Shown here piece by piece: positions 9,620 through 18,749 of a DNA stretch of 64,000 nt (positions within the stretch are counted from its first letter, which is position 1; each line of letters begins with the position of its first letter). The notes under the pieces were generated by a model. It did no database searches and had not been told where the DNA came from. It was given only the letters and a program-made list of their open reading frames with translations. Location: NCBI GenBank assembly GCA_964571555.1, contig CAZNCH010000001.1:1265-65264 (forward strand), read 5' to 3'. This stretch comes from an uncultured Lachnospiraceae bacterium. Its GTDB lineage: Bacteria; Bacillota; Clostridia; Lachnospirales; Lachnospiraceae. A program made the position numbers and the translations under genes.

Positions 9620-11216
9620 ACTGTTCCGCTATCAGGCAGTGACAACGGTGCTGTTTGTTCTGCTGATCACGGCGCTGGCGTGGCAGAGTGACGACGCCTA
9701 TCACGCTTATATCATGGCAAAGAATCTGGTGCTCGGAAACGGCTTCGTCTACAATGTCGGAGAACGGGCAAGCGCATCCTCCTGTCCGCTGTTTACGCTG
9801 ATCATCGCCTTCGGGTACTTTTTCTTTCGGAAGATGTTCCTTGTATCGCTTCTGATCTGCATTTTCTTTTCCACCGCAGCTTATGTGGTGATCGTGAAGA
9901 CTTTCTGCAAGACGGAAAAGCAGGTCCTGGGAACCTTTTTGACGCTTGCGGCGAGTTCCTGCTTCATCAGTTATACCACGAGCGGCTTGGAAAACTGTCT
10001 GCTGTTTTTCCTGGCGGCGCTTTTCCTGAAATACTATTTTGCAACGGAGCGATACCGCGCAGGGGAGTTGCTGATCCTGGCGATCCTGGTGGCGCTGCTT
10101 GCGATGACCAGAATGGACGCCGTCCTGCTTGTTGTCCCGATGGCGCTTTACGCTTACCTTGCAAGAAGAGACAGGGTCTCTTTCGGTAAGGCGGTGCTGC
10201 TTGGTATTGCGGGGCTGTCTCCGTTTTTCCTCTGGGAGTTGTTTTCTCTCTTTTATTATGGTTTCCTCGTTCCCAATACCGCCTTTGTGAAGCTTGGTAC
10301 GGATATCCCGAAAAAGGAATACCTGGCAAGGGGCATCATGTATCTGGGAATTTCCGGCATCTGCGACGTGCTGTTAATCGCAGTTCCGCTCTTTGTGATT
10401 ATCGTCACGATCCTGCTTCAGAAGCGGCGGGAACTGTTTTGCTCGGCAGGTGTTCTGCTGTATCTTGTCTATGTAATCTATATCGGCGGAGATTTCATGC
10501 TGGGAAGACATTTTACCGTAATGTTCCTGATGTCGGTCATTTGCTTCCTGCATTTGCAGAACGAGACCTTCTTCGGACACGCAAAGCGACAGGTGATAGA
10601 ACGCGCAGCCGGTGTGGTTCTTGCGCTCGGTTTGCTTTGCAATCTGACGGGGTCGGTGATTACGAATCAGTTGCTGTTCGCGTACGGGGCGTCTCCGATT
10701 TCTGATGAGCGCGCCGGGTATTTCAAATATACCAGCCTTTATAACAATGTTCGCGCCTATCTTTCGGAAGGGCGTCTGATTCTGCGCGATGCATGGAACG
10801 AGCAGGGAATAGAAGAATATCGCGAGGCGGGTTACGAAAGAGGTATTCTGCGGATGGTTCCGGGCATCTCCATTTATTATAATTCGGACATGTATTTAAA
10901 TGACCAGTACGCGCTCGGTGATCCCTTTCTCTCCAAACTTCCTGCGGTCAGAGAGGACGGCTGGAGAATCGGACACAGTTGGCGGGAAGTGCCGCCGGGA
11001 TATGCCGACAGCGTGTTTGTCAACGAGAATCGGATCGAGGATGCGGATCTTGCCGCCTATTACGACAAGATTCTCCTGATTACAAGAAGCGAGCTCTTCG
11101 ATGGAGAACGTCTTCGTGCTGTGATGGAGATGAATCTGGGGAGATACGATCATCTGCTTGATCACTACCGAAATTCGTTGGATGAGAACTGTAGACTGAT
11201 ACCAAAGGACGAATGA
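9585..11216 (+). CDS. GT-C fold polytopic membrane glycosyltransferase (arabinofuranosyl-/glycosyl-transferase-like)
   Basis: The ATG at 9585 is preferred over the track start at 9456. Residues upstream of 9585 overlap the preceding gene and look non-coding. The protein has many TM helices and an early loop acidic motif (WQSDDAYHAY) typical of GT-C enzymes. Confidence 0.5.
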   Translation: MRILWSKIKNDKLFRYQAVTTVLFVLLITALAWQSDDAYHAYIMAKNLVLGNGFVYNVGERASASSCPLFTLIIAFGYFFFRKMFLVSLLICIFFSTAAYVVIVKTFCKTEKQVLGTFLTLAASSCFISYTTSGLENCLLFFLAALFLKYYFATERYRAGELLILAILVALLAMTRMDAVLLVVPMALYAYLARRDRVSFGKAVLLGIAGLSPFFLWELFSLFYYGFLVPNTAFVKLGTDIPKKEYLARGIMYLGISGICDVLLIAVPLFVIIVTILLQKRRELFCSAGVLLYLVYVIYIGGDFMLGRHFTVMFLMSVICFLHLQNETFFGHAKRQVIERAAGVVLALGLLCNLTGSVITNQLLFAYGASPISDERAGYFKYTSLYNNVRAYLSEGRLILRDAWNEQGIEEYREAGYERGILRMVPGISIYYNSDMYLNDQYALGDPFLSKLPAVREDGWRIGHSWREVPPGYADSVFVNENRIEDADLAAYYDKILLITRSELFDGERLRAVMEMNLGRYDHLLDHYRNSLDENCRLIPKDE

Positions 11217-11222
11217 AAGCGC

Positions 11223-11828
11223 ATGGGAAAGATATTTTGCATACTGGGCAAGAGTTCGACAGGGAAGGACACGGTCTATCGGCGAATCCTGAACGATCCG
11301 GACCTGAATTTAAACAGCGTGGTTTCTTATACAACGCGCCCGATTCGGGATGGCGAGAAGCAGGGAGAGACCTACCATTTTGTTTCGGAGGATGATTTTT
11401 GGCGTCTGAAATCCGAAGGAAAAATCATCGAAGACCGCGCTTACCGAACCGTGCACGGACTCTGGCGGTATTTCACCGTCAACGACCGGAAACTGGATCC
11501 GGAGCATAGGGACTATCTGATGATCGGCGTTTTAAATTCCTATCTGTCGATCAGAGACTTCTTCGGAAAGGATCGTGTTGTGCCGATCTATATAGAAGTA
11601 GATGACGGAGTTCGCCTGCAAAGAGCATTGGATCGCGAGAAGAAACCGGAGAACCGGAAGTTTGCAGAATTGTGCCGCAGATTCCTGGCGGACAGTGAAG
11701 ACTTTGCGGAAGAAAAACTGCTGGCAGCAGGACTGACAACGCGCTTTGCCAATGACGATCTGGATCTTTGCGTGGACCGCATCAAAGCATATATTCAGGC
11801 AAAGCTGTCCGGAAGGGAGGGCCTCTGA
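11223..11828 (+). CDS. guanylate kinase-like nucleoside monophosphate kinase family protein
   Basis: P-loop GKSSTGKDT followed by the Gmk-type TTRPIRDGEKQGETYHFVSEDDF motif. Confidence 0.7.
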   Translation: MGKIFCILGKSSTGKDTVYRRILNDPDLNLNSVVSYTTRPIRDGEKQGETYHFVSEDDFWRLKSEGKIIEDRAYRTVHGLWRYFTVNDRKLDPEHRDYLMIGVLNSYLSIRDFFGKDRVVPIYIEVDDGVRLQRALDREKKPENRKFAELCRRFLADSEDFAEEKLLAAGLTTRFANDDLDLCVDRIKAYIQAKLSGREGL

Positions 11829-12272
11829 ATGGATATCAAAGTGAATCAGCCGACAAGTGTGAACATGCAGACGGAACAGGTACAGAATGCCCAACTGACG
11901 GACGAGCAGTTCAAATTCACGCTGATGAGCAAGATTTCAGAGGAAGGACTGCAGGAGAGATTGTCGCTTCTGTTCGACGACATCACGATGCAGGGAAAGC
12001 GCATCTCGAAACACATGGACGTCAGAGATATGAAGAAATACCGCGGGCTGATCAAGGAGTTCATGAATGAGATCATCAACCGTTCTCATAAGTTCTCCCG
12101 AGAGAACTTTCTGGACAGAAAAGGCAGGCACAGGGTGTACGGGATCATCCGCCTGATCGATCAGAATTTGGACGAACTTGCAGAGGAACTGATGCGGGAA
12201 GAAAAGGATCATATTTCGGTACTCGGAAAGATTGGAGAGATCAGAGGGCTGCTTCTGGATATTTTTACATAA
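11829..12272 (+). CDS. yaaR: YaaR/DUF327 family protein
   Basis: 147-aa ORF immediately upstream of holB, as in Bacillus. The start abuts the previous stop (TGAATG). Confidence 0.65.
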   Translation: MDIKVNQPTSVNMQTEQVQNAQLTDEQFKFTLMSKISEEGLQERLSLLFDDITMQGKRISKHMDVRDMKKYRGLIKEFMNEIINRSHKFSRENFLDRKGRHRVYGIIRLIDQNLDELAEELMREEKDHISVLGKIGEIRGLLLDIFT

Positions 12273-12278
12273 AAACAC

Positions 12279-13268
12279 ATGAAAAGTTTTAATGAAATCA
12301 TCGGGCAAAATCATATCATAGAGTGTCTTCGAAATGCCATTCAGATGCGCACGGTGAGCCATGCCTATCTGATCGAGGGCGAAGCGGGCTCCGGCAAGAA
12401 AAGCATTGCCAAACTCTTTGCAATGACCTTGCTCTGTGAAGAAAGCGACGTCGAGCCCTGCCTTAACTGCCATTCCTGCAGACAGGCGTTGAGCGACAAC
12501 CATCCGGATCTTTGTATTATTACACATGAGAAGCCGGAGTTGATTTCGGTGAACGAGATTCGAAAACAGCTCGTGGATGATGTGGGAATCAAGCCCTATC
12601 ACAGCGACTATAAAATTTATATCATACCGGATGCGGAGAAGATGAATGCAAATGCGCAGAACGCGCTTCTGAAAACATTGGAAGAACCCCCGTCCTACAC
12701 GGTGATCCTGTTGCTTGCCGCCAACGCGACACGCCTGCTGGAAACGATCCGCTCCCGCAGCGTTCCGCTCTTGCTGCGGCCGCTCAAGGATCGCGAGGTC
12801 AAAGAATACCTGATGAGACAGCAGCAGATTCCGGATTATCGCGCGAGTGAAGTGGCTGCTTTTGCCAGGGGAAATGTCGGCAGAGCCGAAATGCTTCTGA
12901 AAAACGAATCGTTTCAAGCGCTTCGCGCAGAAGCGGAACTTCTCTTTCAGGAAGCGGAGAGAATGAACGCAGCCGAGATTTCGAAAGCGGCAAAGCGAAT
13001 CGGTGAAATGAAAACCGACCTTACCGAATTCTTTGATTACCTTATGCTCAGGTATCGGGATGTTTGCATTTATAAAGCAACCGGCGAGACGGGAAGACTG
13101 CTCTTTCAAAATGAAGTGCGATTGACGGCGGAACGCGCGAGAAAATGCAGTTATGAAGGAATGGACGCTGTGTTTTGTTGCATAAAAAAAACAAAAGACA
13201 GGATCAGATCGCATGCGGCGACGGAGATTGCGCTCGAAATGCTGATCCTGACGTTAAAGGAGAATTAG
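12279..13268 (+). CDS. holB: DNA polymerase III subunit delta-prime
   Basis: AAA+ clamp-loader pattern (HAYLIEGEAGSGKKSIAKLFA), a Cys-rich zinc module (CLNCHSCRQ), SRS-like RSRS, and conserved synteny with yaaR and ricT. Confidence 0.85.
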   Translation: MKSFNEIIGQNHIIECLRNAIQMRTVSHAYLIEGEAGSGKKSIAKLFAMTLLCEESDVEPCLNCHSCRQALSDNHPDLCIITHEKPELISVNEIRKQLVDDVGIKPYHSDYKIYIIPDAEKMNANAQNALLKTLEEPPSYTVILLLAANATRLLETIRSRSVPLLLRPLKDREVKEYLMRQQQIPDYRASEVAAFARGNVGRAEMLLKNESFQALRAEAELLFQEAERMNAAEISKAAKRIGEMKTDLTEFFDYLMLRYRDVCIYKATGETGRLLFQNEVRLTAERARKCSYEGMDAVFCCIKKTKDRIRSHAATEIALEMLILTLKEN

Positions 13269-13269
13269 A

Positions 13270-14178
13270 ATGAGAAAAGTAATCGGTGTCAGATTCAGAA
13301 CGGCGGGAAAGGTTTACTATTTCGATCCGAAGCAGCTGGAAATAAAAAGAGGCGAGCATGTCGTTGTGGAGACGGCGCGCGGCGTGGAGTACGGAACGGT
13401 GGTGCTTCCCGTGACGGAGATGGAGGATGAAAAGGTTCCGCAACCGCTCAAAGCCGTGCTTCGCAAGGCGACGGAGGAAGACGCCAAAACAGAAGAAAAG
13501 AATCGCGCCAAGGAAAAGGAAGCGTTCAAGATCTGCCTTGAAAAGATCGAGAAGCATAAGCTGGAGATGAAGTTGATTGATGCGGAGTACACGTTCGACA
13601 ACAACAAGGTGCTTTTTTATTTCACGGCGGACGGAAGGGTGGATTTCCGTGAACTGGTAAAAGACCTCGCCGCAGTCTTCAAGACGAGAATTGAACTGCG
13701 TCAGATCGGCGTCAGAGACGAGACAAAGATTCTGGGCGGGATCGGCGTCTGCGGGAGACCGCTCTGCTGTAGTACGTATTTGTCGGATTTCGCGCCGGTT
13801 TCCATCAAGATGGCGAAAGAACAGAACCTCTCCCTGAATCCGACCAAAATTTCGGGTATTTGCGGAAGGCTGATGTGCTGTTTAAAGAATGAAGAAGAAA
13901 CCTATGAGGAACTGAACAGGAAAATGCCGAACATCGGCGATACCGTGACAACGGACGACGGATGGAAGGGCGAGGTGGCTTCCGTCAACATCCTAAGGCA
14001 AGTGGTAAAGGTGGTTGTGGATGTGGACGATGAAAAGGAGATCAAAGAATACAAGGCAAGCCAGTTGCGGTTTAAGAGCAGACACCGGAAGAACCAGGAA
14101 AAGATGTCGGCGGAAGAGAGGAAGGCTTTAGCGCAGCTGGAGAAGAAGGATGACAAATCAAAACTCGACGACAATTGA
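13270..14178 (+). CDS. ricT: PSP1-domain regulatory iron-sulfur protein RicT (YaaT, stage 0 sporulation family)
   Basis: PSP1 C-terminal domain with the Cys cluster GVCGRPLCCSTYL...GICGRLMCCL. Position after holB is conserved. Confidence 0.85.
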   Translation: MRKVIGVRFRTAGKVYYFDPKQLEIKRGEHVVVETARGVEYGTVVLPVTEMEDEKVPQPLKAVLRKATEEDAKTEEKNRAKEKEAFKICLEKIEKHKLEMKLIDAEYTFDNNKVLFYFTADGRVDFRELVKDLAAVFKTRIELRQIGVRDETKILGGIGVCGRPLCCSTYLSDFAPVSIKMAKEQNLSLNPTKISGICGRLMCCLKNEEETYEELNRKMPNIGDTVTTDDGWKGEVASVNILRQVVKVVVDVDDEKEIKEYKASQLRFKSRHRKNQEKMSAEERKALAQLEKKDDKSKLDDN

Positions 14179-14905
14179 GTTGAAAGAGGGCGAACGGCTG
14201 GACGATCTGCAGCGAAACGGCTATCGGATCATTCAGAATCCGGAGAAATTCTGTTTCGGGATGGATGCGGTGCTGCTGTCGGGCTTTGCGACGGTGAAGC
14301 CTGAAGAGACGGTGCTGGATATCGGAACGGGAACAGGCATCATCCCGATTCTGCTTCAGGCGAAATCGCAGGGAAAGCACTTTACGGGGATCGAGATTCA
14401 GGAGGAAAGCGCAGATATGGCGCGCCGTTCGGTGCGGCTTAACGGACTGGAAGAAGAAATATCGATTGTATGTGACGATATCAAACGCGCGGAAACGATT
14501 TTCACAAAGGGGAGTTTCTCCGTTGTGACGTCGAATCCGCCTTATATGATCGGGACGCATGGCTTGCAGTGCGGTACCGCGCCGAAAAGCATTGCACGTC
14601 ACGAGGTCTGCTGCACACTGGAAGATATCATCAGAGAGGGCAGCCGGCTGTTGAAAGAAAAGGGGCGCTTCTATTTGGTGCACCGCCCGTTTCGGCTGGT
14701 TGATATCTTTGAAACGTTTCGGAAGTACCGACTGGAACCGAAACGAATGAAACTGGTCTATCCGTTCGTGGATCAGGAGCCGAATATGGTGCTGATCGAG
14801 GCGGTCAAAGGCGGGAAAGCCAGGCTGCGCGTTGAGAGGCCGCTTATTGTTTACGAGTCGAAAGGCAGATATACGCAGGAGATTTACGATGTTTACGGAT
14901 ACTAG
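14150..14905 (+). CDS. trmN6: tRNA1(Val) (adenine(37)-N6)-methyltransferase (YabB/TrmN6 family)
   Basis: SAM-binding DIGTGTGIIP and NPPY catalytic motif (VVTSNPPYM). Synteny with rsmI. Confidence 0.8.
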   Translation: MTNQNSTTIELKEGERLDDLQRNGYRIIQNPEKFCFGMDAVLLSGFATVKPEETVLDIGTGTGIIPILLQAKSQGKHFTGIEIQEESADMARRSVRLNGLEEEISIVCDDIKRAETIFTKGSFSVVTSNPPYMIGTHGLQCGTAPKSIARHEVCCTLEDIIREGSRLLKEKGRFYLVHRPFRLVDIFETFRKYRLEPKRMKLVYPFVDQEPNMVLIEAVKGGKARLRVERPLIVYESKGRYTQEIYDVYGY

Positions 14906-15740
14906 GGAAGGAATGCTCTATCTGTGTGCGACGCCGATCGGCAATTTGTCCGATTTGACGGAGCGCGTTCGGATGACGCTTGGCGAAGTGGATCTGATCG
15001 CAGCGGAGGATACGAGGAACAGCATTCGGCTGCTGAATCACCTTGAGATCCGCACGCCGATGACGAGTTATCACGAATTCAACAAATATGAAAAAGCCGC
15101 CGATCTGATCCGACAGATGCAGGCAGGGAAAAATATTGCTTTGATTACAGACGCCGGAACACCGGCGATTTCCGATCCGGGCGAGGTGCTGGTGCGAATG
15201 TGTCATGAGGCGGGAATCCGCGTTACTTCACTGCCGGGTCCCTGCGCCTGTATTACGGCGCTGACGCTTTCGGGAATGCGTGCGAGAAGGTTCTGCTTTG
15301 AAGGTTTTCTGCCGTCGGATAAGAAGGAACGCAAAGAAATTCTGGCGCAGTTGTCGACGGAAGCCAGAACGATGATTCTCTATGAAGCGCCGCACCATTT
15401 GAAAGGAACGCTTGCGCAGCTTTATGCGGCGCTCGGAGAACGGGAACTGGCGATCTGTAAGGAATTGACCAAAATACACGAAAGTTGTCTGAAAATGACG
15501 CTTGCGGAAGCGGTTTCCTATTATATGGAGAACGAACCGCGCGGCGAATATGTGCTGGTGATCGCGGGCAAGAGCGCATCGGAAGCGCAGGCGGAAGCGC
15601 GGGAACAATGGCTGAAAATGCCGCTTGCAGAACATCTGGCGATCTATGAAGCGCAAGGAATGGAGCGGAAAGATGCCATGAAGAGGGTGGCGCGCGATCG
15701 CGGTCTTTCGAAAAGGGACGTTTATCAACAACTACTGTAA
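14889..15740 (+). CDS. rsmI: 16S rRNA (cytidine(1402)-2'-O)-methyltransferase
   Basis: The ATG at 14889 has an AGGAG RBS. N-terminal LYLCATPIGNLSDLTERV and the tetrapyrrole-methylase fold are typical of RsmI. Confidence 0.9.
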   Translation: MFTDTREGMLYLCATPIGNLSDLTERVRMTLGEVDLIAAEDTRNSIRLLNHLEIRTPMTSYHEFNKYEKAADLIRQMQAGKNIALITDAGTPAISDPGEVLVRMCHEAGIRVTSLPGPCACITALTLSGMRARRFCFEGFLPSDKKERKEILAQLSTEARTMILYEAPHHLKGTLAQLYAALGERELAICKELTKIHESCLKMTLAEAVSYYMENEPRGEYVLVIAGKSASEAQAEAREQWLKMPLAEHLAIYEAQGMERKDAMKRVARDRGLSKRDVYQQLL

Positions 15741-15755
15741 TCACAACGGCAATTA

Positions 15756-15764
15756 TGCTATAAT
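15756..15764 (+). promoter_or_regulatory. extended -10 promoter element (TGcTATAAT) upstream of metG
   Basis: TGCTATAAT sits 33 nt upstream of the metG ATG. No T-box leader fits in the 56-nt gap. Confidence 0.4.
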
Positions 15765-15796
15765 GTAGAAGATTATAAGCAGCAGAAGGAGAGGAA

Positions 15797-17770
15797 ATGA
15801 GCAGAACACCGTATTATATTACAACTGCGATTGCTTATACATCCGGCAAACCGCACATCGGCAACAATTACGAGGTGGTTCTGGCGGATGCGATCGCACG
15901 ATATAAGAGAAAAGAAGGCTATGACGTATTCTTCCAGACCGGAACGGATGAGCACGGACAGAAGATAGAACTGAAAGCGGAGGCGGCGGGGGTGACCCCG
16001 AAACGCTATGTGGATCAGATTGCCGGCCAGATTCAAAGCCTCTGCGATCTGTTGAATATTTCATACGATAAGTTCATCCGAACGACGGATGAGAACCATG
16101 AGAAACAGGTACAGAAGATTTTTCGCAGGCTCTATGAGAAAGGCGACATTTACAAGGGAGCCTATGAGGGCATGTACTGCACGGAGTGCGAAGCGTTCTG
16201 GACGGAATCCCAACTCGCGGACGGCAAATGTCCGGACTGCGGCAGAGACGTGCATCCCGCAAAGGAAGAGGCTTATTTCTTCAAAATGAGCAAGTATGCG
16301 GATCGGCTGATCGAGCATATCAATACGCACCCCGAATTCATACAGCCAGTCTCCCGCAAGAACGAGATGATGAACAACTTCCTGCTTCCGGGACTGCAGG
16401 ATCTGTGTGTCTCCAGAACCAGTTTCAAGTGGGGCATTCCGGTTGATTTCGACGAGAAACATGTGGTTTATGTGTGGCTGGATGCGCTGAGCAACTACAT
16501 TACCGGAATCGGTTACGATGCAGACGGTCAGTCTTCCGAACAGTACAAGAAGTTTTGGCCCGCAGATCTGCACCTGATCGGAAAGGACATCATCCGTTTC
16601 CATACGATCTATTGGCCGATTTTCCTGATGGCGCTGGACGAGCCGCTGCCAAAGCAGGTCTTCGGGCATCCGTGGCTGCTGATGAACAACGACAAAATGA
16701 GCAAATCCAGAGGAAATGTCATCTATGCGGATGATCTGGCGGACTATTTCGGTGTAGATGCGGTTCGCTATTATGTGCTGCATGAGATGCCGTTTGAGAA
16801 CGATGGTAACGCAACGCTTTCTCTGATTGCGGAGCGTCTCAACTCGGACCTTGCGAATACGCTCGGCAACCTTGTGAACCGCACGATTTCGATGAGCAAC
16901 AAGTATTTCGGCGGAGAGGTCAACCGCTATCAGACGGAACTGACGGAGCAGATGGAGGCCATCGACGAGGATCTCAAGGGTACGGTGACGTCCGCCTGCG
17001 AGAAGGTGACGGAGAAGATGAACGCGCTTCGCGTCGCGGATGCGCTGACAGAAATCTTTGTCGTCTTCAAGCGACTGAACAAATATATCGACGAGACGGA
17101 ACCCTGGGTACTCGCCAAAGACGAGAACAAACGGGAGCGATTGGCGACGGTGTTATACAATCTCGTCGAGGGCATCGTGATCGGAGCATCTCTCTTAGAG
17201 CCGTTTCTTCCGGAAACGGCGGAGAAGATCGTTCGTCAGCTGAATACGGAAGTAAGAGAATTAAAGGAGCTGAACAGTTTCGGTCTCTATCCGCAGGGCG
17301 GAACGGTTACGGACCAGCCCAAGATTCTCTTTGCCAGACTTGATCTGGAAGACGTCGTCAAAAGGGAAGAAGAGCTGGCGGCGGGAAGGACGGCGGAAAC
17401 ACCTGCGACAACAGAAGAAACAGGGATTGAGATCCAAAAGAAACCGGAAATCACCTACGATGATTTTGCGAAATTACAGTTCAGGGTCGGCGAGATCATC
17501 GCTTGCGAAGAAGTGCCGAAGTCCAAAAAGCTGCTCTGTTCCAGGGTGAAGATCGGAAACGAAGTAAAGCAGATTGTGTCCGGAATCAAGCAGTATTACA
17601 GCGCTGCGGAAATGGTCGGCAAGAAGGTCATGGTGCTCACGAACTTAAAGCCGGCAACGCTTGCGGGGGTGGTGTCCGAGGGAATGCTGCTCTGTGCGGA
17701 AGACGCTGACGGCGATCTGGCGCTTGTGATACCGGAGAAGCCGATGCCGACGGGAGCAGAGATCAGTTAG
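15797..17770 (+). CDS. metG: methionine--tRNA ligase with a C-terminal tRNA-binding (EMAP/Trbp111-like) domain
   Basis: HIGN (HIGH-type) and KMSKS motifs, the zinc knuckle CTECEAF...CPDCG, and a C-terminal FRVGEIIACEEVPKSKKLL OB-fold. Confidence 0.95.
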   Translation: MSRTPYYITTAIAYTSGKPHIGNNYEVVLADAIARYKRKEGYDVFFQTGTDEHGQKIELKAEAAGVTPKRYVDQIAGQIQSLCDLLNISYDKFIRTTDENHEKQVQKIFRRLYEKGDIYKGAYEGMYCTECEAFWTESQLADGKCPDCGRDVHPAKEEAYFFKMSKYADRLIEHINTHPEFIQPVSRKNEMMNNFLLPGLQDLCVSRTSFKWGIPVDFDEKHVVYVWLDALSNYITGIGYDADGQSSEQYKKFWPADLHLIGKDIIRFHTIYWPIFLMALDEPLPKQVFGHPWLLMNNDKMSKSRGNVIYADDLADYFGVDAVRYYVLHEMPFENDGNATLSLIAERLNSDLANTLGNLVNRTISMSNKYFGGEVNRYQTELTEQMEAIDEDLKGTVTSACEKVTEKMNALRVADALTEIFVVFKRLNKYIDETEPWVLAKDENKRERLATVLYNLVEGIVIGASLLEPFLPETAEKIVRQLNTEVRELKELNSFGLYPQGGTVTDQPKILFARLDLEDVVKREEELAAGRTAETPATTEETGIEIQKKPEITYDDFAKLQFRVGEIIACEEVPKSKKLLCSRVKIGNEVKQIVSGIKQYYSAAEMVGKKVMVLTNLKPATLAGVVSEGMLLCAEDADGDLALVIPEKPMPTGAEIS

Positions 17771-17782
17771 AGAGGGAAGGAT

Positions 17783-18715
17783 ATGGTGAAAAGAGAAGAG
17801 CTTTGGTTTGATTCCAGAGATGAACAGCATAAGATCCATGCGGTTCGTTGGATTCCCGCGGGGGAGATCAAATGCATTCTTCAGTTGATCCACGGAATGG
17901 CGGAACACATCGAACGTTACGACGCCTTTGCAAGAAATATGGCGGAGCGCGGCGTCCTGGTGGTTGCAAACGACCATCTCGGACACGGGAAGAGCGTAGT
18001 TTCGAAGGAAGAATACGGATATTTCTGCGAGAAGAATCCGCTGACGGTGGTGATCCGCGATGTTCACCGACTGAAGAAGCTGACACAGGAGGCATATCCG
18101 GGCTTAAAATACTTCATTTTCGGACACAGTATGGGTTCCATGCTGTTGAGAAATTATCTCTTCCGCTACGGCAACGGGATCGACGGCGCGCTGATCTGCG
18201 GCACGGCATACCAGCCGCCCGTCAAGACGGCACCGGGAATCGCAGTGCTGAAACTGATGACGGCATGGAAGGGGGAGAAGTATAAATCCCGCTTCGCGTC
18301 GAATCTGGTAAACGGAACGCCAAACGCAAGGATACGCCCGCCGCGCACGGAGTTCGACTGGCTGACGAAGGATAACGATATTGTAGACGCATATATCGAG
18401 GATGAAGCCTGCGGCTTTTTGTTCACGCTGAACGGCTATCTGACGTTAGTGGAGAGCGTGCGCAGGCAGAACAAAAAGCAATACCTTGAGAGCATGCCAA
18501 AAGACCTTCCGATCCTCTTCCTTGCCGGAGAGGAAGACCCCGTGGGAAGTTACGGGGAGGGTGTACGACGTTCCTATCAAATGTTTCTGGACGTCGGGAT
18601 GAAGCAGGTAGGAATCCGGCTCTATCCGGGGGCTCGACATGAGATCCTGAACGATTCCTGCAAAAAAGAAGTTTATGAGGATGTCTTTTCTTTCATGGAA
18701 CAAAACATGAAGTAG
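17783..18715 (+). CDS. alpha/beta hydrolase (lysophospholipase / monoacylglycerol lipase-like)
   Basis: HGMAEH oxyanion region, GHSMGS nucleophile elbow, and C-terminal ...GARHEILND His motif. Confidence 0.8.
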   Translation: MVKREELWFDSRDEQHKIHAVRWIPAGEIKCILQLIHGMAEHIERYDAFARNMAERGVLVVANDHLGHGKSVVSKEEYGYFCEKNPLTVVIRDVHRLKKLTQEAYPGLKYFIFGHSMGSMLLRNYLFRYGNGIDGALICGTAYQPPVKTAPGIAVLKLMTAWKGEKYKSRFASNLVNGTPNARIRPPRTEFDWLTKDNDIVDAYIEDEACGFLFTLNGYLTLVESVRRQNKKQYLESMPKDLPILFLAGEEDPVGSYGEGVRRSYQMFLDVGMKQVGIRLYPGARHEILNDSCKKEVYEDVFSFMEQNMK

Positions 18716-18749
18716 ACGCTTGGGGGAGCGCATTAAGAAGGGAGAAATC

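Noticed and set aside
11937-13214. 425-aa ORF on the - strand across yaaR/holB
   Set aside because: It is antisense to two syntenic, motif-bearing genes, and its sequence has no recognisable domain.
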